Part shown: one piece after another, positions 58,198 through 64,000 of the stretch
How positions within the stretch are numbered: the first letter of the stretch is position 1
How the letters are laid out: each line of letters begins with the position of its first letter
NCBI GenBank assembly: GCA_963749495.1
Contig: CAVVMW010000004.1
Span: 288,001-352,000, forward strand
Length of the DNA: 64,000 bases
DNA from: an uncultured bacterium
Lineage (GTDB): Bacteria; Verrucomicrobiota; Verrucomicrobiia; Limisphaerales; UBA8199
Direction of reading: 5' to 3'
Notes under the pieces: generated by a model
Seen by the model: only the letters and a program-made list of their open reading frames with translations
Databases searched by the model: none
What the model was told of the DNA's origin: nothing
Position numbers and translations under genes: made by a program

Positions 58198-59475
58198 ATG
58201 AACGCAATTCCTTTCAACGGCCAATTCTTGAGGCTCGGGAAGTATTCGCTCGGGGTGGGGGATCGGTTTGCGCAACAGGCGCGGGCCCAACTCCGGGCCT
58301 GCCTCATGGCGGCCGAGAGGGGCGCGCAGGTCGTGCCGGTCTGGAACAAATCCAACCGGGAGCACCTGATTGTCGGTTCGGAGCCGGGCAGCACCAGGGC
58401 AGCGGCGGATGTGGCCGTCCAGGCCCTGGGGTGGACGTTGCCCTACCATGTGGATGCCGACCATATCCGCCTGGAGACGGTGGACCGGTTCGTGCCGCAC
58501 TCGGATTTCTACACGATCGACGTCGCCGACTGGATCGGGCGGGCGGCCGGGGCGGACGCGATTGCGGCCTTCGTGGGCCGGCACCCGGAGTTGGCCGGAC
58601 GGCTGGATGTGCCGGGGATGGGGCAGCCGTTGACGGCGACGCGCGACGAGGTCGAGCGCAGCGCAGCCAAGTATCTGCTGGCCGTGCGCGAGGCCGGGAA
58701 GGTGTACCGGCATATCGCTCAGGTGAAGGCCCCGAAGCCGTTCATCACCGAGGTGTCGATGGACGAGACCGACAGCCCGCAGAATCCGCGGGAGTTGCTG
58801 GTCATTTTGGCGGCGTTGGCGGACGAAGCCATCCCGGCCCAGACCATCGCGCCCAAGTTCACGGGCCGCTTCAACAAGGGCGTCGATTATGTGGGCGACA
58901 TCGCACAATTCGAGAAGGAGTTCAACGAGGACCTGGCGATCATCGCCTGGGGCGTCAACCGTTATGGGCTGCCTTCAACGCTCAAGCTGAGCGTCCATTC
59001 CGGGAGTGACAAGTTCTCGCTCTACGGCCCAATGCGGCGCGCGCTCCAGCGGTTCGGGGCGGGCCTGCACCTCAAGACGGCGGGCACGACCTGGCTGGAG
59101 GAAGTGATCGGCCTGGCGGAGGCGGGCGGCGACGGCCTGGCGCTGGCCAAGGAGATCTATTGCGAGGCCATGGCGCGCGTGGACGAATTGTGCGCGCCCT
59201 ACGCCGCGGTGATCGATATTGACCGGGCCAGGCTGCCCAGCGCGCAAAGCGTCGGCGCGTGGAGCGCCCAACAATACACGGCGGCGCTGCGGCATGACCC
59301 GAAGAACCCGGCGTACAACCCGCACCTCCGGCAATTGCTGCACGTGGGTTACAAAGTGGCCGCAAAACAGGGGCGGCGCTATCTGGACGCGCTCAACACC
59401 CATGAAGCCATCGTGGCCAGAAACGTGACCGAAAACCTCTTCGAACGGCATCTCAAGCCGCTGTTCATTGGGTAG
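58198..59475 (+). CDS. uxaE: Tagaturonate/fructuronate epimerase
   Basis: GVGDRF, HVDADH, EVSMDET, APKFTGRFNKGVDY, KLSVHSGSDKF, HLKTAGTTWLEE, RQLLHVGYK. Confidence 0.9.
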   Translation: MNAIPFNGQFLRLGKYSLGVGDRFAQQARAQLRACLMAAERGAQVVPVWNKSNREHLIVGSEPGSTRAAADVAVQALGWTLPYHVDADHIRLETVDRFVPHSDFYTIDVADWIGRAAGADAIAAFVGRHPELAGRLDVPGMGQPLTATRDEVERSAAKYLLAVREAGKVYRHIAQVKAPKPFITEVSMDETDSPQNPRELLVILAALADEAIPAQTIAPKFTGRFNKGVDYVGDIAQFEKEFNEDLAIIAWGVNRYGLPSTLKLSVHSGSDKFSLYGPMRRALQRFGAGLHLKTAGTTWLEEVIGLAEAGGDGLALAKEIYCEAMARVDELCAPYAAVIDIDRARLPSAQSVGAWSAQQYTAALRHDPKNPAYNPHLRQLLHVGYKVAAKQGRRYLDALNTHEAIVARNVTENLFERHLKPLFIG

Positions 59476-59498
59476 CTCCCGCCTCCAAAGGACGCACA

Positions 59499-59733
59499 AT
59501 GGGGCTGCCATTCTTTTACTCGTTCACCTTCATCTTCCTCATCGCGTGTGCGGTGCTTTTTTACCGGGCTGGCGAAGCTGAGGGGCGTTCAGGGGCTCGC
59601 GTGGGGTGGATTGTCACTACTGATCTCGATTGCCGTATGGTACTGGCTCCACGGCGGCTTCTTCGCGATCCTGTTCAGCCAGGTCGGGCTGTTTGTCGCC
59701 ATCACACTCTACCGCTCGCGCAGGCAACCGTGA
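59499..59733 (+). CDS. Small membrane protein; frameshift at the G-run near 59592
   Basis: MGLPFFYSFTFIFLIACAVLFYRAG joins LAWGGLSLLISIAVWYWL...QVGLFVAITLY. Confidence 0.6.
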
Positions 59734-59941
59734 GGGGCCCGGGTCCGGCCACTGCGCCGGGCTGATCGTGGAGGGGTTCAAAACGAACTTCTCGCCAGGC
59801 GACTGGCCCGCGGGCCTTCACACCAAGAGACGGCAGGAATAGGGACCTCGGTTCGGGTCATTTGGCTGAGAACGATTCCTGTGAAAAAACCTTGCAAAAA
59901 GGGCATTCTCCACCGAAGATCTACTGAACGAACGACGCATT

Positions 59942-61255
59942 ATGTTGCTTCAATTCACTGTCGGCAACTTCAGGTCCTTCAAGGAAAAGGCAACCCTGTC
60001 GCTGGAGGCGACAGGGGACAATTGGCTGGAAGATGAGAATGTTGCCATTGTTGGTGAACGGAGACTGGTCAAGGCGGCTGGGATCTATGGCGCAAACGCG
60101 AGTGGGAAATCGAATTTTTTGCACGCCATGGCCGTATTCAGCGACTGGGTGCAGAAATCCTCGAAGGATGTGCAAGCTGGCGAGAGAATTCTTCAGGTGG
60201 TTCCCTTTCGGCTCCATACGGATACCGAGTCGGCGCCCAGCTTCTTTGAGATAGTGTTCTTGCACGGGGACGTACGCTACCGTTACGGATTCGAAGCGAC
60301 GTTTGAGCGGGTTGTATCGGAATGGCTGTTCAGCCAAAAGGATTCCATTCGTGAAACCCGGCTCTTCACGAGAGATCAGGGGCGGATCACTGTCTTGACC
60401 CCGTTCAAGGAGGGCAAGGGCTTGGAGAAGCGAACCCGGGCGAATGCCTTGTTTCTCTCCGTGGCTGCCCAGTTCAATGGAGAGATCGCGGGTGGAATCC
60501 TGAAATGGATGGGCGAATTCAGAGATGTGTCCAGCATCGAAGATGCTCCCTATATGCGCTACACAGCCGATAGACTGAAGGAGACAGAGTACGCACCGTT
60601 GATTCACGAATTGATCAAGAAGGCAGACACGGGGATCGAGGAACTCCGGCGGGTGGTCCTCCCTTCTGCGGACGCCGTGGAGCTAATCGCACGAGGAGAG
60701 AAGCCGGCTGAGGTGAGGAGCGGTTCGATCACGGCGGACGAGCTTAGAACGCGTCTGCTGTCAGGTGACTTGTCTGCCTATAGCATAAGGACTTTCCACC
60801 GGAGGTACGGACCGGCGCGGGACGTGGCAGGTCGTGTGGAGTTCAACCTGCACACCGACAAATCGGGTGGCACGCAGCGGTTCGTGGCCTTGACGGGGCC
60901 ATTTCTCTTCACCTTGCGTCACGGCTCCACGCTCTTCGTTGACGAGTTGGAGGCCCGGTTGCACCCGCTGCTCACGAGGGCGCTGGTGAGCCTGTTCAAC
61001 AGCCCCGCCAACACAAAGAAGGCGCAGCTTATCTTCGCCACGCACGACGAGGGCCTGCTGGACCCCAAGCGCATCCGCCGCGACCAGGTGTGGTTCGTAG
61101 AGAAAGACGACCTCGGCGCGTCGCGCCTCTACAGCCTGGCAGAGTTCAAAGTGCGTAAGGAGGCCAGATTTGCGAAGGAGTATCTTCTCGGCCAGTTTGG
61201 GGCCGTGCCGCGAGTAGGCGACTTCGAGGAGACTCTGATCCATGGTCGCGAATAA
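59942..61255 (+). CDS. AAA/ABC-type ATPase (RloA/AbiLi-like)
   Basis: GNFRSFKE, YGANASGKSN, SGGT, VDELEARLHP, QLIFATHD, RRDQVWFVEK, YLLGQFGAVP. Confidence 0.9.
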   Translation: MLLQFTVGNFRSFKEKATLSLEATGDNWLEDENVAIVGERRLVKAAGIYGANASGKSNFLHAMAVFSDWVQKSSKDVQAGERILQVVPFRLHTDTESAPSFFEIVFLHGDVRYRYGFEATFERVVSEWLFSQKDSIRETRLFTRDQGRITVLTPFKEGKGLEKRTRANALFLSVAAQFNGEIAGGILKWMGEFRDVSSIEDAPYMRYTADRLKETEYAPLIHELIKKADTGIEELRRVVLPSADAVELIARGEKPAEVRSGSITADELRTRLLSGDLSAYSIRTFHRRYGPARDVAGRVEFNLHTDKSGGTQRFVALTGPFLFTLRHGSTLFVDELEARLHPLLTRALVSLFNSPANTKKAQLIFATHDEGLLDPKRIRRDQVWFVEKDDLGASRLYSLAEFKVRKEARFAKEYLLGQFGAVPRVGDFEETLIHGRE

Positions 61256-61889
61256 GCCGAAGCCATGGCAGACAAGCCGGCCGAGTCGCCGCAATGAAGG
61301 GACGCGCAGGCGGCGTTGCGTCTTGATTGTCTGTGAGGATACCAAGAGCTCATGCCTTTACTTCAGAGCCTTCAAAATCGATCCAGACCGGGCAGAGCTC
61401 TGCACGGTTGGAAAGGGCATGAATACCGCAAGTCTGGTGGAAGAGGCAGTTAGGATTAAGGACCAAGCTGCTGCGGCGCAGGAGCCCTACAACCGCGTGT
61501 GGTGTGTTTTGGACCGGGATGATTTCCCCCTGGCGAACTACAAGCGCGGATTCGATCTAGCGCGAAATGCCAGGATAGAGGTGGCGTGGGCGAACGAAGC
61601 GTTCGAACTGTGGTACTTGCTGCATTTCAACTATCACGACACTGGGATACGCCGCGATGATTACGGAAGGAAGCTGGAGGCGTATCTGCCAGTCCGCTAT
61701 AGCAAAGCGGATCGAGAGATGTACCAGAAGGTACTGGCTCAGCAACAAGCTGCGATCCGAAATGCGAAAAGGCTCGAACGGCACTGGATCGAAATGGGCG
61801 AACGTTCCCCACACTTGCAGAATCCATCCACCAGTATTCACAAGCTCGTCGAGTTTTTGAACGAGCTTGCCGAGCTTGGAGCTGCGTGA
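61242..61889 (+). CDS. rloB: RloB-family protein
   Basis: LIVCED, VWCVLDRD, NEAFELWYLLHF, AIRNAK, NPSTSIHKLVE; overlaps the ATPase stop. Confidence 0.9.
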   Translation: MVANKPKPWQTSRPSRRNEGTRRRRCVLIVCEDTKSSCLYFRAFKIDPDRAELCTVGKGMNTASLVEEAVRIKDQAAAAQEPYNRVWCVLDRDDFPLANYKRGFDLARNARIEVAWANEAFELWYLLHFNYHDTGIRRDDYGRKLEAYLPVRYSKADREMYQKVLAQQQAAIRNAKRLERHWIEMGERSPHLQNPSTSIHKLVEFLNELAELGAA

Positions 61890-62007
61890 CGGCAGAGACT
61901 GTGGCTGGGGCAGCGCACTACTGCAACCCAGAAGCTGGCGAACGAGAGGGCCGCCATAAAGTTTGCCCCCCGATCCCGTTTTTCGCTATCGTGGGAGCGC
62001 GAACTAA

Positions 62008-62318
62008 ATGAGAACGTTTCACACGACTGGACGGCTTGGGTTGGTGAGGTGTGGCGCGGCGCTTTGGCTGGCGGCAGTGGCGTCCGGCGCGGCTTCTCAA
62101 GGCGGGACGGGATTTGTTCTGGGCCGCGGCGCGCAGCGGCTCATGCTCGACCCGAACGGGGCTCTGGTTGCCTGGGCCGGGCAGTTCGAGCGGGCGGCAG
62201 ACGCCCAGGGTGCGGTTGCCGGGGAGGTTCGCTACCGCGATAAGACCCTGAGCCTCGAATCGCCTCAAGTCTCTCGCGCCGGAGACCGGTTGAGCTGCAG
62301 ATATTGGTGGGCCGCGGC
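62008..62318 (+). pseudogene. N-terminal remnant of a secreted protein
   Basis: Signal peptide (LVRCGAALWLAAVASGAA) and ~100 plausible codons, then runs into minus-strand module remnants. Confidence 0.4.
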
Positions 62319-62700
62319 GCCCTGTTCAGTCGTTGGAGCAGGCGCGGACGATTTTTTCATACAGGAAATCAGACGCTCCGAAAAAGCTCGTCCAACAGGG
62401 CAGCCGGGTACGTTGCAGGAACGCGGTCGGGATGTTCCAGGTCGAATTCCACAACGCAGCGCGCTTCGGCCCGCTCCTTCCAAAAGTCAGGCTGCGCCAT
62501 GAGGCTGGGCAGGTAGAAGGCCGACATTTCGAGGGCCAACTCGGCGCTTGCGGGTGAGTGCAGTGGCAGGAAACCGGGGTCGACCGGCAACTCAAGACCA
62601 GGGTCAAGGGACGCATCCTGCGAGTCGGGGTTATTGGGCTTCGCAGGCGCGGCAGGCCTCTTCGTACACGTCGGCACTCCCACGGCTCGAGAATACTCGT
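62318..62700 (-). pseudogene. Stacked remnants of two further nucleotidyltransferase/partner modules
   Basis: ...ADVYEEACRACEAQ* plus LELPVDPGF ORF; ...LYEKIVRACSND* plus MKKSSAPAPTTE; 62318-62366 repeats 62894-62941. Confidence 0.65.
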
Positions 62701-62703
62701 CTA

Positions 62704-62937
62704 TCAGAGGACAAACTCCTCCAGAATCTTCTCGGCCAGCCGGCGTTCTCTTTGGCCGGGCCGGGCGTTGAGCCAGGGCATCGTTTCCGCGCAAAGCCTT
62801 AAAGCGACCTGCGGGTCCAGCCTCGGGGGCCGAGACACGAAATCGGGATCAACCGGGAATTCCAGATCGGGGAGTTCCGAAGGGGCAGTGGCGGCGCCCG
62901 GTTCAGTCGTTGGAACAGGCGCGGACGATTTTCTCAT
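62704..62937 (-). CDS. Small protein coupled to the nucleotidyltransferase
   Basis: MRKSSAPVPTTE...PDLEFPVDPDF...EEFVL; overlaps the NTase 3' end. Confidence 0.55.
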   Translation of the reverse strand: MRKSSAPVPTTEPGAATAPSELPDLEFPVDPDFVSRPPRLDPQVALRLCAETMPWLNARPGQRERRLAEKILEEFVL

Positions 62938-63440
62938 ACAAATCCAAGTTACCATACTTCAGGAACATCTGGCGAACCTTTTCTGACTGAAGGTCAAGCT
63001 GGTTCACTAGAACGAGGCCTTCGACGTTCCTGGAAGTCTTTCATGAATTGACCGAGGCGGGTGTGCTTGAGAGCGTGCAACTTGAGCGCGATCAAGTGCT
63101 CCAGAGACGGTATGCGCAGCCGGGCACCATACATCTCCACCTCCCGGCTGGCGGCCAGCATGGGCGTGAATGTCGGCTCCCGGACGAACATCAAATCTAC
63201 AGGCCACTCTGCCGGCCCGCGGGCGCCGAATTGGCTGAACGTCTCGGCCTCCCGCTCTGTGAAGTATCCCAAACGCGAGAGCAGCTCACCCCAGGTGGCG
63301 CGCGCGTCCCGCTGAACGAGCAGGTCGAGGTCGAAGGTCTGCCGGGAATAGCCATAGAAGTTGACCGCGTGGCCGCCGATTACCAGGAAATCCAAGCCGC
63401 TCTTTCGCGCCTCTGTCTCCAGTTGTTCAAAAAGACCCAC
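62903..63440 (-). CDS. Nucleotidyltransferase-family protein; frameshift near 63031
   Basis: FLVIGGHAV..YGYSRQTFDLDLL, VDLM, LEHLIALK, KDFQ/DVEGL...LYEKIVRACSND*. Confidence 0.8.
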
Positions 63441-63462
63441 GTTTGGCCCGCCTTGTGCCAGC

Positions 63463-64000
63463 TTACCTCGCATCCCCATGCGCCTGGGCGGCGGCGATAA
63501 ACCCCTTGAAGAGCGGGTGCGGCTGGTGGGGTTTGCTGTGAAATTCGGGGTGGAACTGGGAGGCGATGAAAAACGGGTGCTTGGCCAGTTCGATGACTTC
63601 GACGAGCCGGCCATCCGGGGTGAGCCCGCTGAAGACGAAGCCGGCCTTCTCGAAGCGTTCGCGGTAAGCATTATTGAACTCGTAACGGTGGCGGTGGCGC
63701 TCGTTGACGACGAAGGCGCCGTAGAGGCGGGCGGCCCTGGTGCCGACGACTAATTGGCAGGGCTGGGCGCCCAGGCGCATGGTGCCGCCTTTGCGGGTGA
63801 CCCGGGTCTGCTCGTCGAGCATGGCGATGACCGGGTGGGGCGTGTTGGGGTCGAACTCGGTCGAGTGGGCCTTGGCCAGCTTGAGCACGTTGCGGGCGAA
63901 TTCAATGGTGGCGATCTGCATGCCCAGGCACAGGCCCAGGTAGGGCAGGTTGTTTTCCCGCGCGTAGGCGGCCGCCTGGATCTTCCCCTCGATGCCGCGC
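63463..64000 (-). CDS. pyrG: CTP synthase (3' part; 5' end outside the window)
   Basis: [33 protein letters not shown]. Confidence 0.97.
   Translation of the reverse strand, partial: RGIEGKIQAAAYARENNLPYLGLCLGMQIATIEFARNVLKLAKAHSTEFDPNTPHPVIAMLDEQTRVTRKGGTMRLGAQPCQLVVGTRAARLYGAFVVNERHRHRYEFNNAYRERFEKAGFVFSGLTPDGRLVEVIELAKHPFFIASQFHPEFHSKPHQPHPLFKGFIAAAQAHGDAR

Noticed and set aside
8658..63031. About a dozen frameshifts (four-helix bundle, wzc, GT2, GT4, PQQ, DUF1080, LOG, epimerase, tricorn, beta-helix, membrane protein, NTase) as programmed frameshifting or pseudogenes
   Set aside because: They are isolated 1-nt indels, many at short homopolymers, in otherwise intact genes with no shared slippery motif. 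Long-read error is the simplest explanation; read polishing would decide.

Overview
GC-rich bacterial DNA, probably PVC/Verrucomicrobia-like (inferred from gene content and C-terminal RFYRV-type secreted proteins). Positions 1-4.3 kb hold a regulatory block: a REC protein, two divergent NarL/LuxR regulators that both lack the phospho-acceptor Asp, and an AraC protein with a BY-kinase-like tail. Positions 4.5-31.3 kb hold a Wzy-dependent exopolysaccharide/capsule locus (OM barrel, Wza/SLBB, Wzc, methyltransferase, Wzy/ligase, Wzx, GT2/GT4s, AsnB, GNAT, DegT, priming transferase, YdcF, CapD/PglF). The rest has housekeeping and carbohydrate genes (glmS, gmhB, PQQ propeller, epimerases, LOG, sulfatase, tricorn protease, duplicated uxaE, pyrG), an RloA/RloB pair and many small orphan antitoxin-like genes. 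The most unusual signal is a family of strand-asymmetric heptamer repeats. They (i) form three purine-arm/AAATTAATTT/pyrimidine-arm junctions bracketing cargo genes, including a four-helix-bundle (Avd/IVS-like) gene; (ii) sit in frame inside DegT, the sugar transferase, YdcF and Wza; and (iii) are complementary to a 4x124-bp intergenic array. A second layer of nested REP-like palindromes is present, and the uxaE duplication shows one such insertion in both filled and empty states. About a dozen single-base frameshifts in otherwise intact genes look like long-read errors. No rRNA, tRNA, CRISPR array or reverse transcriptase was recognised.
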